Source of the DNA: Thermoproteota archaeon
Lineage (GTDB): Archaea; Korarchaeota; Korarchaeia; Korarchaeales; JAOZGB01
Assembly (NCBI GenBank): GCA_037917685.1
Contig: JAVCBU010000003.1
Span: 128,001-192,000, forward strand
Length of the DNA stretch: 64,000 bases
Reading direction: 5' to 3'
A program made the position numbers and the translations under genes. Numbering within the stretch: position 1 is the first letter of the stretch; every line of letters starts with the position of its first letter. Below, piece after piece: positions 28,280 to 39,331 of the stretch. The notes beneath the pieces were generated by a model. It saw nothing but the letters and a program-made list of their open reading frames with translations. It was not told the origin of the DNA and made no database searches.

Positions 28280-28681
28280 TTGGGAAAAAATACTAATCTT
28301 AGTCCCAAATCCGGACCTAGACCTTCTAGGACCCATATACCGGGTAGCAGAGCTGTTAAAAGGATGCGAGGTAACGATCTTCTACCCACTTATGGTTCCA
28401 GTAGTTTCTCTTTTGGACGAGGAAGAGTTTAAAGATCAGATAGAGAAGGCCGAAGAGAAGCTTTCACCATTTGTAGCCAAAGTTAAACCGCTTTTCTCAA
28501 AAGTTACGGTGAAGGTATCCCTCGTAAGAGACCAAACCGAAGCGGCTGTTGTTGAAGCTGAAAGCGGAGAGTACAGCCTCATAGTGGTATATAGGAGCCG
28601 TGAGAAAATTAGAAGTATATTTAGGCATGAAAAGTTTGTTAAATAGTTGAAAAAACAGATAAACCTGTCCTGTTTATTTGA
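28280..28681 (+). pseudogene. Universal-stress-protein-like gene with two frameshifts
   Basis: TTG start shifted in an A6 run (28285-28290); KILILVP...EAESGEYSLIVV; C-terminal IVEKTDKPVLFI in another frame after 28643. Confidence 0.6.
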
Positions 28682-28791
28682 CATCCACCGTTAAGTGAAA
28701 CTTTGCTTATCTATGCTGCTGCACTATTATCCTATTCACTTCCAAGTGTTAAGCCTTTTAACCTAGTCATGGGTGAATAGTTTGATGTTAT

Positions 28792-29343
28792 ATGTTGTGG
28801 CTAATCGTTGGAGTAATAGCTCTGCTCGTCTTGATAGCTGTCTACTACATTAATAGGATAGTGGTTCTATCTAACCGTGTAGACACTGCATGGGCTCAGA
28901 TAGATGTCCAACTGAAAAAGAGGGCTGACCTGGTTCCAAACCTGGTTGAGACTGTTAAGGGCTATATGAAACACGAGCGGAAGGTTATTGAAATGATCAC
29001 CAAGGCTAGGGAAAGAATGATGGGTGCCAGAACCTTTAAGGAGAGAATTGAGGCTGAAGGAGAGCTCACTAGGGCTCTTAAAACGTTGTTCGCGCTTGCT
29101 GAGAACTATCCTAATCTCCGAGCCAGCGAAAACTTCAAACTACTCCAGGAGCAGCTTGAAGGTATAGAGAACAAGATAGCATATGCAAGGCAGTTCTACA
29201 ATGACTCAGTTCTAGAGTTCAACAATACGATATCAACAATTCCAGGCGTATTCTTCGCAAAGCTCATTGGGAAAGATAAGCCTAGAGAGTACTTTGAGAT
29301 CCCTGAGGCTGAGAGGGCGCCGCCAAGGGTAAGCTTCGAGTGA
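28792..29343 (+). CDS. lemA: LemA family protein
   Basis: AWAQIDVQLKKRADLVPNLVETVKGY, AENYPNLRASENF, ARQFYND. Confidence 0.95.
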   Translation: MLWLIVGVIALLVLIAVYYINRIVVLSNRVDTAWAQIDVQLKKRADLVPNLVETVKGYMKHERKVIEMITKARERMMGARTFKERIEAEGELTRALKTLFALAENYPNLRASENFKLLQEQLEGIENKIAYARQFYNDSVLEFNNTISTIPGVFFAKLIGKDKPREYFEIPEAERAPPRVSFE

Positions 29344-29350
29344 TCCAGCC

Positions 29351-30250
29351 TTGGAGAGGAAGCATATAAGCTTCTACGACCAGATAGCCAGAAACAAGAG
29401 GAAGTCTTTCCTGCTGGCTGTTGGGGTTTTCGCGCTCCTGACATCCATGATCTACCTCATCGGACTCGCCGTTGCACCGGAATACTCCACAGCACTCCTA
29501 TTTTTCGGCTTGATCTTTTCATCAGTCCACGTTCTAACCACTTACAACTATGGTGATAAACTCATACTTTCAGCGGTAAAAGCACAGCCTGCTGACCCTA
29601 GAAGGCATGTATACCTTATAAACACCGTTGAGGGGTTAAGCATAGCAGCTGGGATACCGCCTCCTAAAGTCTACATCTTAGACTGGGACGATATTAACGC
29701 CTTCGCCACGGGCAAGGACCCTAAACATGCCAGCATAGCTGTGACAAGGGGTGCATTGGAGAAACTAGATAGGTTGGAGCTTGAGGGCGTGGTAGGACAT
29801 GAGATAGCGCATATAGCAAACTATGATATCAGATTCATGACTGTAGTAGCAGCCATGGTAGGCCTAATAGCGATTGTATCAGACATGTTTCTAAGATCTA
29901 TTAGGTACACGCCTAGGAGAAAGGACGATAAGAAAGGTAAGGGGGGCCTGATAATGCTTATAGCTCTGCTTCTGGCAGTAGTATCGCCGATAATAGCGAG
30001 AATAGTGCAGGCAGCGATCTCCAGGGAAAGAGAGTTCCTTGCGGATGCAACATCAGCTAAGCTAACTCGATACCCTGAGGGGTTAGCCTCCGCCTTGGAA
30101 AAGATAATGAGGTTCAACAAGGCTAAAAACAGGGTTAGTGAGGCTGTATCCCACTTATTCATATCAGATCCTAATAGAAGCCCGTTAGACATGCTGTTTG
30201 CAACACATCCGCCTATTGAAGAGAGAATCAAGATTCTCAGGTCAATGTAG
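29351..30250 (+). CDS. htpX: HtpX-like M48 zinc metalloprotease
   Basis: NAFATG, HEIAH, SREREFLAD, FATHPP. Confidence 0.92.
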   Translation: MERKHISFYDQIARNKRKSFLLAVGVFALLTSMIYLIGLAVAPEYSTALLFFGLIFSSVHVLTTYNYGDKLILSAVKAQPADPRRHVYLINTVEGLSIAAGIPPPKVYILDWDDINAFATGKDPKHASIAVTRGALEKLDRLELEGVVGHEIAHIANYDIRFMTVVAAMVGLIAIVSDMFLRSIRYTPRRKDDKKGKGGLIMLIALLLAVVSPIIARIVQAAISREREFLADATSAKLTRYPEGLASALEKIMRFNKAKNRVSEAVSHLFISDPNRSPLDMLFATHPPIEERIKILRSM

Positions 30251-30408
30251 GCGAACCTTCAAATTCGTTAGCAGCTGATTGTAATAACACTCATATGCCA
30301 GGCGCAAGGGTAATTTTGAGTGATTGATGTATCCGCAGGCCTGTTATGTATACAATTGTCGAATATGATTTATTTTGATGATGCGTTTAACATCAGGGTA
30401 AGGTTGAA

Positions 30409-31620
30409 TTGGAAGAATCCTCCGAGGAAGACGATAGTAGCTTGCTACATAACAGAAATCTAAGAGGTCTAGTGCTATCCAACATGATTTCAGGTTTTAC
30501 GAGAAACATCCCAGGCGCCGCGTTAAACGTCTATATCTATGATATTGCCTCATCATACTCGGTTCTCGGATATCTGTCATCAATTCCCAGTCTACTTTCA
30601 ATATTCTTCTCGAGGTTCTGGAGCGTCCTAAGCGATATGTCGGGGAGGCGTAAGCCTTTCATAATGACTTCGATGATCTTCTCAGTCCTCTTTACCTTGC
30701 TCTACGCCTTCTGGGCTACAAGACCTGAGCATTTCCTCTACATAAGCATCATGGGCTCGATATTTTCGATAGGTGGTGGGGCTTTCAACGCAGCTTTAAC
30801 CTCGGTTTCCTCCAGGATAGGAGAGGCTGTAGGTAAGTATAACTTCGCCGTTGGTGCATCCTCCACAGCTGGTTCTATGATGAGTGGATGGTTTGTGGAG
30901 CACTATGGTATCTCAAAAGCTTTTAAGATAAGCCTAGCTGGTACAGCCGCTTCTGCAGTTTTATTTGCGGTCTACTACCATGAGGAGGGATCCGTAGCAA
31001 ATGTTAAGCGGGACTTGAAAACTGCACTTAAACATACATTAGCCTTCAAGCTTCCATCCATGGGAAATGCAGTGCTACTTATCTCCGTGTTACTGGCTTT
31101 GAAAGGGTCATTTTACGATTTACCTGCTTCTATGAAGCTTTACTTGCTGTCGGAAAATTCGAAAACGATATACACTATAGTTCTAAGCACCGCTGGCGTT
31201 CTTGCATTTATTACATATCCATTCTACGGCAGGCTTGTTGACAGATATGGGCCAGCGAAAACCTTGCTGGCGTCTTCAATAGCCTACTCCTTCTACCTGC
31301 CAGTCTTGGCATTGATTGACTCGTTTCCAATATTTGTATTCCTATGGACAGTGCCTATAGGCTCGCTTCAAGGATTAGCCCTTATGGCAATAAAGGCCCT
31401 TATATCCGAACCGGAAATGAGAGCGCAGACGATGTCCACGATAGACAGCATCTCCTCAATTACGGGTTCTATTGGGACGTTGTTTGTTGGAAGGCTCATG
31501 GATAGTGTAGGGCCTTCGCAGCCCCTCTTTATAGCTGCCTTTTTAAATGCTGCCACCATACCTATACTCATAAACCTTAAAGGAGAGAAATATGGCCAAA
31601 TGCCCGCGTTGTGGCGGTAG
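30409..31620 (+). CDS. MFS transporter
   Basis: About 12 TM, LSDMSGRRKP and GRLVDRYG motif A. Confidence 0.9.
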   Translation: MEESSEEDDSSLLHNRNLRGLVLSNMISGFTRNIPGAALNVYIYDIASSYSVLGYLSSIPSLLSIFFSRFWSVLSDMSGRRKPFIMTSMIFSVLFTLLYAFWATRPEHFLYISIMGSIFSIGGGAFNAALTSVSSRIGEAVGKYNFAVGASSTAGSMMSGWFVEHYGISKAFKISLAGTAASAVLFAVYYHEEGSVANVKRDLKTALKHTLAFKLPSMGNAVLLISVLLALKGSFYDLPASMKLYLLSENSKTIYTIVLSTAGVLAFITYPFYGRLVDRYGPAKTLLASSIAYSFYLPVLALIDSFPIFVFLWTVPIGSLQGLALMAIKALISEPEMRAQTMSTIDSISSITGSIGTLFVGRLMDSVGPSQPLFIAAFLNAATIPILINLKGEKYGQMPALWR

Positions 31621-32026
31621 AGTAGAGCTTTTCGCCGGTGGATACTTCGGCCTGATCTATCAGTGCAGGCAATGTGGTTACAGAGGTGTAGTGGTAGTCG
31701 AGGTTGAGCCGTCCGACTTCCAACAGTTCTGGGGGGTAGGCGCTGATGAAGCATGGAGTGAAATAGCTGCTAAGCTCCCGGAAGACTCAGGTATCAGGAT
31801 AAACGGCCGGTTGGAAGTGTATGATAGGGGTAAAGCAGCCAGAGTCTTAGATAAAATAGTGAAAGAGGGTTTATCCAGCTTGCCGCCGGAACTCTCCCGA
31901 AAACTCCGTAAAAACAGCCTTGTAGACCGGCTTTTCGGGAATCCCCTCAGAAACATTTTTATCAAAATGCTTATTGAATCAGCTTGGCGTGTAAAGATTG
32001 AAAGTCGCCATACCAACAAACGATAA
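31592..32026 (+). CDS. Zinc-ribbon protein
   Basis: CPRCG...YQCRQCGYRG. Confidence 0.7.
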   Translation: MAKCPRCGGRVELFAGGYFGLIYQCRQCGYRGVVVVEVEPSDFQQFWGVGADEAWSEIAAKLPEDSGIRINGRLEVYDRGKAARVLDKIVKEGLSSLPPELSRKLRKNSLVDRLFGNPLRNIFIKMLIESAWRVKIESRHTNKR

Positions 32027-32360
32027 ATTAATGGTCTCTGATAGGTTTGGCAGGTCAAATTACTTCACCATTCTCACCGTTGAGGGGGGTAGTGTTAAAT
32101 CACGCGTCTATGTTGTAAACGAGGAGTATAAGGGTCACAGGCAACTTCACGAGATTCTTAAAGACTGTAATGCTGTGATCTGCCGGCATCTAGGTCCCAA
32201 GATATTTGCAGAGCTTAAAGACAAAGGCATAGAAGTGTATCTTGTTAAAGAACCAGTTTCAATCGGTGAAGCTGTAGAAATGTTTATTAGTGGCAGGCTT
32301 AAACCGGCAGAGAAGCCTGCTCCATGCGGTCTTAGGAAAAGAAACTCTTCACCCTCCTAA
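31998..32360 (+). CDS. NifB/NifX-like (FeMo-cofactor-binding fold) protein
   Basis: MKVAIPT, FGRSNYF, AVICRHLGP, GIEVY. Confidence 0.85.
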   Translation: MKVAIPTNDKLMVSDRFGRSNYFTILTVEGGSVKSRVYVVNEEYKGHRQLHEILKDCNAVICRHLGPKIFAELKDKGIEVYLVKEPVSIGEAVEMFISGRLKPAEKPAPCGLRKRNSSPS

Positions 32361-33147
32361 ATATCAGCCTAGCCTGATACCATGATACAAAAGCGCAGAT
32401 ATCCTCATACCTTTCAACATTGCTTAGATATCCACTGATCATGGAAACTCCTATTTTCGGGGACTTTAAACCATAAAGAAGGCATCTGCCGGCTACATAT
32501 ACAGGATTATACCCTAACGCCTTCATCCCCTTCCCCCAGGTGAACGCTTTTCTATTGTTCATTATGGTTGGTCTTAAGAGTACATAGTTTATGTCCCCAT
32601 ATACTCCGACATGTCTACCCTCCATCAGAGCCTTGTATACCGGGTAGTGCTCAAAACCATAGTTCTCAGGATACCTGAAGCCTATAGTTCCAAACCATTC
32701 CGCGTCGAATATCCTACCGCTTCCTCTGACCCCTGGGAATTCTGTTTTCTCTCCTTTAAACGTTCCCGAGGCAATCACATCCTCGTTTTTCTTCATTCTT
32801 TCGATAAGCCTTCTCACGTAATCCGGCGGATAATATGTGTCCGCCCCACTAACCATTACATAATCCGGATCGGTCTTATATGCCTCTGAGAATCCTATGT
32901 TCAAAATTTTAGGTATCCATGGAGTTCCAATCCTGTTTTCCCTATGAGGAGGTAGATCTATTATTACATCTGCATATGCTTCAGCTATCTTCCTTGTGTT
33001 ATCAGTACTACCATCGTTGACCAGCATTAAAGTTACCCTGACACTCTGTTTTTTCAGGCTTGCCAGACATCTTCCTATAACAGACTCTTCGTTTCTTGCT
33101 GGAATCACACACGTGATATTATACTTGGCCGCTCCTATCTCCGACAC
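32332..33147 (-). CDS. Glycosyltransferase family 2
   Basis: VIPARNEE, VNDGSTDNT. Confidence 0.9.
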   Translation of the reverse strand: MSEIGAAKYNITCVIPARNEESVIGRCLASLKKQSVRVTLMLVNDGSTDNTRKIAEAYADVIIDLPPHRENRIGTPWIPKILNIGFSEAYKTDPDYVMVSGADTYYPPDYVRRLIERMKKNEDVIASGTFKGEKTEFPGVRGSGRIFDAEWFGTIGFRYPENYGFEHYPVYKALMEGRHVGVYGDINYVLLRPTIMNNRKAFTWGKGMKALGYNPVYVAGRCLLYGLKSPKIGVSMISGYLSNVERYEDICAFVSWYQARLIFRRVKSFFS

Positions 33148-34405
33148 CTATACAGTAATATTTCTGTTTGAAGATTCTTCCACGCCAGAGAGCTCTCCCA
33201 TCAACAATTAATTTTACATTTTGAGGTATTTCTATATGCTTATAGTTCTGGTGAGCGGTTACAACCACTATAACATTAGCCTCTTGCAGGAGGGGCTTGA
33301 GTCTTGCCCCTATCGCTCCAGTGAGTCTCTCTATCTCTTCGTTAGTGTAAAGGGGATCATTGCAGTAAACCTTCAATCCATGCTCTCTTAGGTATGAGAT
33401 TAATGGTAGTGCTGGAGAGTATCTATGCTCTTTAACCCCTGGCCTAAAGGCTAATCCCAAGACTCCAACTACCGGTTTGACTAGTCCTAGCTCTTTGCTG
33501 AGTTCAACCGTTCTTGAAGCCAGCTTTTCCGGCATTAGACTGTTAATCTCTCTTGCCATTTTTATCAGCTTGGTCTCAGCCTGGCTGATTATGAAATGAG
33601 GGTAGACAGGTATGCAGTGGCCGCCAACGCCTGCTCCAGCCTCATGTATGTGGCAGTAGGGCTGTGTGTTTGCTGCCAGCCTTACATCCCAGAAGTCTAT
33701 CCCCATCTGCTCGCATACAAGGGCAAGCTCGTTCGCAAGGGCGATATTTACATCTCTATATATGCCTTCGAAAACCTTTACTGCCTCGGCGGTCTTACAG
33801 TCCCTCACTATTATTATGCCCTTGGTGAAAACTTTCTCATACACTTCCTTTGTCTTCATGGCTGACTCGATGTTTATGCCGCCTATAATCTTCGGGTAGG
33901 TTTTAAAGTCCTTTAGGGCTCTTCCACTCATTACTCTTTCAGGAGCATGGGATACGTAAAAGTCTCTACCGGCCTTTAGACCTGTCCTTTCAAGTATTGG
34001 AACTAATACTTTCCTCGTAGTTCCAGGCGGCAGAGTGGTCTCAGTGACGTAGACGTCGCCGGGCTTAAGTCCCTTGGCTATACTTTCTGTAGCCTCTATA
34101 AGATATGTAAAGTCTGGCTGGCCGTTACTGGAAAGGATGAGAGGCACCGCCACGATTTTAAAATTAGAGTTTCGCGATGCCCATATTCCATCGACGGTAG
34201 CGGTAAACATACCCTTTGAAACAGCCTTCCTTAGAATCTCATCCACTCCAGGCTCATCGATGTGGGCTGTTCCCTGGTTCAGCTTTTCAACAACCTCCAG
34301 GTTCTTGTCAACCCCTATAACCTTGTATCCTGTCTCTAGAAATGCGCATGCCAGAGGAAGCCCGACCTTCCCCAGGCCGAAGATAGAGATTACTGTTTCA
34401 CGCAT
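33119..34405 (-). CDS. UDP-N-acetylhexosamine dehydrogenase (WecC/WbpA family)
   Basis: GLGKVGLP, ETTLPPGTT, PER, YRDVNIALANE, GVGGHCIP. Confidence 0.92.
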   Translation of the reverse strand: MRETVISIFGLGKVGLPLACAFLETGYKVIGVDKNLEVVEKLNQGTAHIDEPGVDEILRKAVSKGMFTATVDGIWASRNSNFKIVAVPLILSSNGQPDFTYLIEATESIAKGLKPGDVYVTETTLPPGTTRKVLVPILERTGLKAGRDFYVSHAPERVMSGRALKDFKTYPKIIGGINIESAMKTKEVYEKVFTKGIIIVRDCKTAEAVKVFEGIYRDVNIALANELALVCEQMGIDFWDVRLAANTQPYCHIHEAGAGVGGHCIPVYPHFIISQAETKLIKMAREINSLMPEKLASRTVELSKELGLVKPVVGVLGLAFRPGVKEHRYSPALPLISYLREHGLKVYCNDPLYTNEEIERLTGAIGARLKPLLQEANVIVVVTAHQNYKHIEIPQNVKLIVDGRALWRGRIFKQKYYCIGVGDRSGQV

Positions 34406-34497
34406 CTATTATCCCTCACACTAATCCCAAACCTCCCATGGTAAACCTAAAATGTTCTCATTCATAAGGGACGACCTATCTGAAAGTTACGCTTATG

Positions 34498-35535
34498 TCA
34501 TAAGAACCTTTCTATCAGATTTATTACTGTTGGAATCGGGGATTCAAGCTTTTCTAAGAGCTTTGAGGTGTCAACCCTGTATTTCCCGGGGTTTTTCATG
34601 ATCTTCCTCGACTCCTCCAGTACGAGTTTAGGATCTGAAATGTACTTTACGGGAAATCCGTTGCTATGCAGAAACCTAAGGGATGGTGTCCAGAAGTGGT
34701 AGCTTATAGTAGGCGTACCCTGGAGAGCTGCCTCGGACGCCATGGTCCCCCCTGACGAAATGAAAAGGTCTACACAGCCTAGAAGCTCAGGCGTATATAC
34801 TACCTTTTTCAAAATATAGACGTTAGGTATCTCTTCGAATTTTTCTATCTCCTCTCCGTATCTCGGAATGTACACTACTTTATAGGACGATGCAAGCTCT
34901 GAAACAAGTCTATATAGCGGGAACTTTCTACTATAGTAGGAAGCCTTGTACTCTGGACCTCTTACAACTATAACCCTCTCATCTTTAAACCCAATATCCT
35001 CTAGAACCCTTGTTTTAGACACGTCGCCCGGGCTGACCCATGCGGTTTCCTCAACCCCATTATAGGTTTTAATGTTCTCCTCTGGAGCTCCATACCTTAT
35101 CCACACCTCCTTACCACATGCACTAGGGGTAACAAGATAATTAGAAAGTGGAACTGTAAGCTTACAGACAGCGGTATTATATGGGGTGTCATTGCAGTAG
35201 ACTATTGGAATCGAAAGGCCGAATGCAACCCTAATACCAGCTACCTCGCCATGCGTCCACCACACCCTCGGAAGCCCGTACCTGTCTATAACCTTGAGAA
35301 GCGCCTGCATCCTGCTTATCGAAGCTTCAAGCTTTTCTCTTCTCCCCCCTCCACCGTACGTGCCAGCCTTAATGTAGGATAGGTGGAGCGTGTCAGCCAA
35401 GGCTATAGTCTGAGTTTCATCTCTAACTATCAATAGAGACTCAACACCCATTCTCATAAGCTTCTCTTGAATCACCATTGCGAATATTACATGCTTAGGA
35501 GTCCCTGCATCAAGGAAGACATCGTATTTCCCCAC
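34498..35535 (-). CDS. DUF354 family GT-B-fold protein
   Basis: TPKH, YNGVEE, ASYY, GGTMASEAALQGTPTIS. Confidence 0.85.
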   Translation of the reverse strand: MGKYDVFLDAGTPKHVIFAMVIQEKLMRMGVESLLIVRDETQTIALADTLHLSYIKAGTYGGGGRREKLEASISRMQALLKVIDRYGLPRVWWTHGEVAGIRVAFGLSIPIVYCNDTPYNTAVCKLTVPLSNYLVTPSACGKEVWIRYGAPEENIKTYNGVEETAWVSPGDVSKTRVLEDIGFKDERVIVVRGPEYKASYYSRKFPLYRLVSELASSYKVVYIPRYGEEIEKFEEIPNVYILKKVVYTPELLGCVDLFISSGGTMASEAALQGTPTISYHFWTPSLRFLHSNGFPVKYISDPKLVLEESRKIMKNPGKYRVDTSKLLEKLESPIPTVINLIERFL

Positions 35536-35620
35536 TTAACCCCGGGATTTAAAGGATGAAAAGCCTTAAAAATATACTCAACAGCCTACATTTAAATACC
35601 ACAATCAGAAGGATATCCAT

Positions 35621-36718
35621 GTGGACAGAATAACAAGACGGTTATTTCTTAAACTTTCAGCCCTAACAGCTATTGGAGTGTCAGCTGTGGTGCTAACAAA
35701 GAAAATCTCATCATTACTTAGGAAGATGCCTCAAACAGAGCCTCCTAGTCCCCTGGAGAAAACTATGGCTCCTCCAACTACAAGCCTGCCGACGTTCACA
35801 TCCCCACCTAGGGGCTCCGATGGAATCGTATCTGTTGTGAGAGGGTTAAACGTTGAAGAAATGCTTAATAAAAGCCTAGAGCTAATAGGCTTCAAAGATA
35901 AGGTTAGCGTAAGGGGGAAGAAGGTTCTTGTTAAACCCAATGTGAACAGTAACGATCCAAGCCCGTTCACTACAAACCCAAGTCTTGTCAAAGCTGTGAT
36001 AAAATATCTATATGATTCTGGGGCTTCAGAGGTTACAGTAGCTGATCTTTCAGGCATCCCATGGCAGCCTACATCCAAATGCTTCAAAGCTACGGGAATC
36101 GAAAGTGCAGCCCTAGAAGCACAGGCTAATATAGTAGCTCTTGACAACACAGACTGGGTTAAAATAAGTCTTGAGGGAGCAGAATATCTTAAAGAGGTCA
36201 GAATTCCAACCATAATCGATGAATACGATATCCTGGTGTCTCTACCAGTAGTTAAAACGCATAGGTACGCCTCGTACACTATGTCCCTTAAAAACATGGT
36301 TGGCTTTGTGAGCAACGATGACAGATACTTTATGCATAACTCAGACTACCTTGAAGAAATGATCGCAGAACTCAACCTAGCTTTTAAACCAGAACTTATT
36401 GTCATGGATGGGACAAAATCCCTTGTTTCCGGGGGACCCACCTCCGGAGACGTTGTAGAGACGAATCTCCTTGTCTCAGGCTTTAATAGGGTTGCAGTTG
36501 ATGTTGTCGGTCTTTCAATTGTAAAATATTACGATATGTGGCCAAAAGTATCCAGTAAAAACGTCTGGAGACAGAGGCAGATTATCCGTGCCATAGAGAT
36601 TGGCATCGGAATTGAAAGGGATAAGGTGGGCGTGGAATTTGAAACACTTATCCCAGATGACATAGAATTTGAAGAGTTAAAACATGCAATTGTGCAGTAT
36701 CTATTAGAACCTCTATAA
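35621..36718 (+). CDS. DUF362 family protein with Tat signal
   Basis: TRRLFLK; VLVKPN, TTNP, PVVKTH, TMSLKN, VAVD. Confidence 0.85.
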   Translation: MDRITRRLFLKLSALTAIGVSAVVLTKKISSLLRKMPQTEPPSPLEKTMAPPTTSLPTFTSPPRGSDGIVSVVRGLNVEEMLNKSLELIGFKDKVSVRGKKVLVKPNVNSNDPSPFTTNPSLVKAVIKYLYDSGASEVTVADLSGIPWQPTSKCFKATGIESAALEAQANIVALDNTDWVKISLEGAEYLKEVRIPTIIDEYDILVSLPVVKTHRYASYTMSLKNMVGFVSNDDRYFMHNSDYLEEMIAELNLAFKPELIVMDGTKSLVSGGPTSGDVVETNLLVSGFNRVAVDVVGLSIVKYYDMWPKVSSKNVWRQRQIIRAIEIGIGIERDKVGVEFETLIPDDIEFEELKHAIVQYLLEPL

Positions 36719-36720
36719 GG

Positions 36721-37038
36721 GTGGTAAGGTTGGTAGTGGCAGAGATAACAGTGGTCCCCGTAGGGTCTGGTACTAGTCTAAGCAAATACGTAGCGGAATG
36801 TATTAGGGAGATAGGGAAGTCTGGGTTGAAGTATAAGGTGACACCTACAGCCACAATTGTCGAGGGAAGCCTAGATGAGGTATTAGCCCTAATCAAGAGG
36901 GTTCACGAAGCCCCATTTAAACATGGGGTGAAGAGAGTCTTCACCGTCATAAAGATAGACGACAGGAGGGATAAAGCTCTCTCCATGAGCGGGAAAATAG
37001 AGAGTATTAAAACTAGGCTTCCAGAAGCAAAGATATAG
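36721..37038 (+). CDS. MTH1187/YqgV thiamine-binding family protein
   Basis: VVPVG..TSLSKYVA, TIVEG, IKIDDRRDK. Confidence 0.9.
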   Translation: MVRLVVAEITVVPVGSGTSLSKYVAECIREIGKSGLKYKVTPTATIVEGSLDEVLALIKRVHEAPFKHGVKRVFTVIKIDDRRDKALSMSGKIESIKTRLPEAKI

Positions 37039-37108
37039 GGAAGGCTGATTCAACAAACATTGAACCAATAGAAACCTATTTTAAACGTAGCAGTCCAACT
37101 AGGATCTG

Positions 37109-39331
37109 ATGAAAATAAGGATACTCACCCCTTTAATAGTACTCCTATTGCTGTCGTTTTCATACTGGAAGATAAGGGAGAAGGCAGGAACCGAAACACC
37201 CGTCAATCCAGAGTCGCCTGAACCAACGGCTACCCCTACATCGGAGTTTAAAGAGTACTTCCCATCCCAGTTTGAACCTGAAAGTCTATCATACACTCCA
37301 AATGCGCCACAGTATCAGCTCCCCCTTGAACCTGTGTTGATCGAGAACTATGACAAGTTTCTCGAGTATATCCCACTCTCAGACGGCGCAATAGATAATA
37401 TAAGACAGTACGGCTTCACGATAATAGCCTCTCCCCACGATGACATAATTGAGGCCTGCAGGGACGTGAGTATGAGGGGAATACCCCTATACGTTACTGT
37501 TGACACAGTTCTGCATGTCTACCACATCCTATTTGATAACACCCTCCAGCAGATCGAGGAGGAAAGGTTCTACATGCTCCTAGAAGACCTTACTAAAAGC
37601 ATGCTGTCATCGATGGCTAACGAATACGAGGCAGCAACGGATCCTAGGCTTAAAGAAGCAGCGAGAAGAAACGTAGCCTTCTTCAGCGTTGCCCTATCCT
37701 TACTTAACCCGGACCACCATCCACCCGACTATGTTAAAAACGAGGTTGAAGGCGAGTTAGAACTTATAGGGGAGCACAGCGGTTTCTCCCCTAGTCCAAT
37801 ATTCCATTACAGGGAGGATTACAGCCAGTACGTGCCAAGAGGCCATTATACGAGGAGTGAAAAGCTTGGAAGATACTTCAAGTGTATGATGTGGTACGGA
37901 AGGATGGCATTCCTACTCAAAGGCTGTGAAGAATGCTTTGTTTCAAAAGAAGACGCCGAAATAGCTACAATCCAGGCCATAATGATCTCAGACAAGCTTT
38001 ACAAGGTTGACGTTAAGGGTAGAAACGCCATGGACATATGGCTTGAAATATACCAGGTGACATCTTTCATGGTAGGCTATGCAGACGACCTTACACCCAT
38101 CGAATACAAGCAAGCAGTAGACAGCCTTTACAACGGAAACTTCACCCTTGAAATGTTAGCCAGCAGCGAGGTACTTCTAAACATAAAAGCCGTACTCGCC
38201 CAAATGAGAAATCCAGAGATCTACGGTGGAACAGGAAGATGTAATGTAGAGCCGCCTATAACTGAGGAAAAACTCGACGAATGCCTCTCCAAAAGTAAGG
38301 GTATGAGGTTCATGAGTCAGAGATACGTGCCAGACTCGTACATCTTTCAAAGGCTTGTAGCCCCCTCCGTAGGGGCATATAGAGGCAGCGGTAAACCATT
38401 CACCATGGAATACACCGCACTCGGGCCTGCAAGGGTGTTCCCAAGGGGGCTAGACCTGATGGCTGTTCTAGGCTCAGACCTCGCGCTTGAAATACTGCAA
38501 GAGGAGGGGGACACTGAATACGAAAGGTACATGGATAAGATGTCTCAGCTCAGAGACGAGTTTTCATCCCTAACATGGCAGAATTGGCATAGAAACCTGT
38601 ACTGGTCATGGCTATACTCTCTAAAACCCCTCCTAGAAGAGTACGGAGACGGGTATCCAACCTACATGCAGACAAGGATGTGGGGTAAGCGTCTCCTGCA
38701 GACAGCGTTAGCCTCATGGGTGGAGCTAAGACATGACACAATCCTCTACGCCAAGCAAAGCTACACCCTGGTGTCGACTGCTGTTCCACCAGGCCCTGAA
38801 CCAGCAGGGTACGTTGAGCCAATTCCAGAGCTCTATAAGAGGCTGTCAGACCTGGCGAAAATGACCTGTAACGGCCTTAATGAGATGAATATTATTAATG
38901 AAACTGTATATGCAAAGTTCAAGTCTCTTGCAGATATACTTGACAAGCTTACTCAGATCTCGATTAAAGAACTGGAGTCCCAAGAGCTATCACCAGACGA
39001 ATACAACTTTATAGAGGCGCTTCCAGACCTGCTTGAAGGCATATGCACAGGTTATAAGGCTGAAACCCTCAAGACAACACTGGTAGCAGACGTACATACG
39101 GATATAAATACTGAAACCGTCCTTGAGGAGGCCATCGGGTACGTAGACCTTATTATAGTTGCGGTTAAACTCCCCGATGGAAAGATTATAATGATGGCTG
39201 GCCCAGTCCTATCATACTATGAGTTTAAACATCCTCTAAGCAGTAGACTTACGGATGAGGCATGGAGAGAAATATTAGACCAAAACCCGCCTGAAAGACC
39301 AAAATGGGCCTCCACGCTTCTAGGCGAGTAA
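37109..39331 (+). CDS. DUF3160 family membrane-anchored protein
   Basis: EDYSQYVPRGHYT, YFKCMMWYGR, WVELRHDTILYAKQS, GYVEP, RLTDEAWR. Confidence 0.9.
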   Translation: MKIRILTPLIVLLLLSFSYWKIREKAGTETPVNPESPEPTATPTSEFKEYFPSQFEPESLSYTPNAPQYQLPLEPVLIENYDKFLEYIPLSDGAIDNIRQYGFTIIASPHDDIIEACRDVSMRGIPLYVTVDTVLHVYHILFDNTLQQIEEERFYMLLEDLTKSMLSSMANEYEAATDPRLKEAARRNVAFFSVALSLLNPDHHPPDYVKNEVEGELELIGEHSGFSPSPIFHYREDYSQYVPRGHYTRSEKLGRYFKCMMWYGRMAFLLKGCEECFVSKEDAEIATIQAIMISDKLYKVDVKGRNAMDIWLEIYQVTSFMVGYADDLTPIEYKQAVDSLYNGNFTLEMLASSEVLLNIKAVLAQMRNPEIYGGTGRCNVEPPITEEKLDECLSKSKGMRFMSQRYVPDSYIFQRLVAPSVGAYRGSGKPFTMEYTALGPARVFPRGLDLMAVLGSDLALEILQEEGDTEYERYMDKMSQLRDEFSSLTWQNWHRNLYWSWLYSLKPLLEEYGDGYPTYMQTRMWGKRLLQTALASWVELRHDTILYAKQSYTLVSTAVPPGPEPAGYVEPIPELYKRLSDLAKMTCNGLNEMNIINETVYAKFKSLADILDKLTQISIKELESQELSPDEYNFIEALPDLLEGICTGYKAETLKTTLVADVHTDINTETVLEEAIGYVDLIIVAVKLPDGKIIMMAGPVLSYYEFKHPLSSRLTDEAWREILDQNPPERPKWASTLLGE

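Noticed and set aside
31998-32360. Nitrogen fixation
   Set aside because: Stand-alone NifX-like domains are common in non-diazotrophs and no nif structural genes are present in the window
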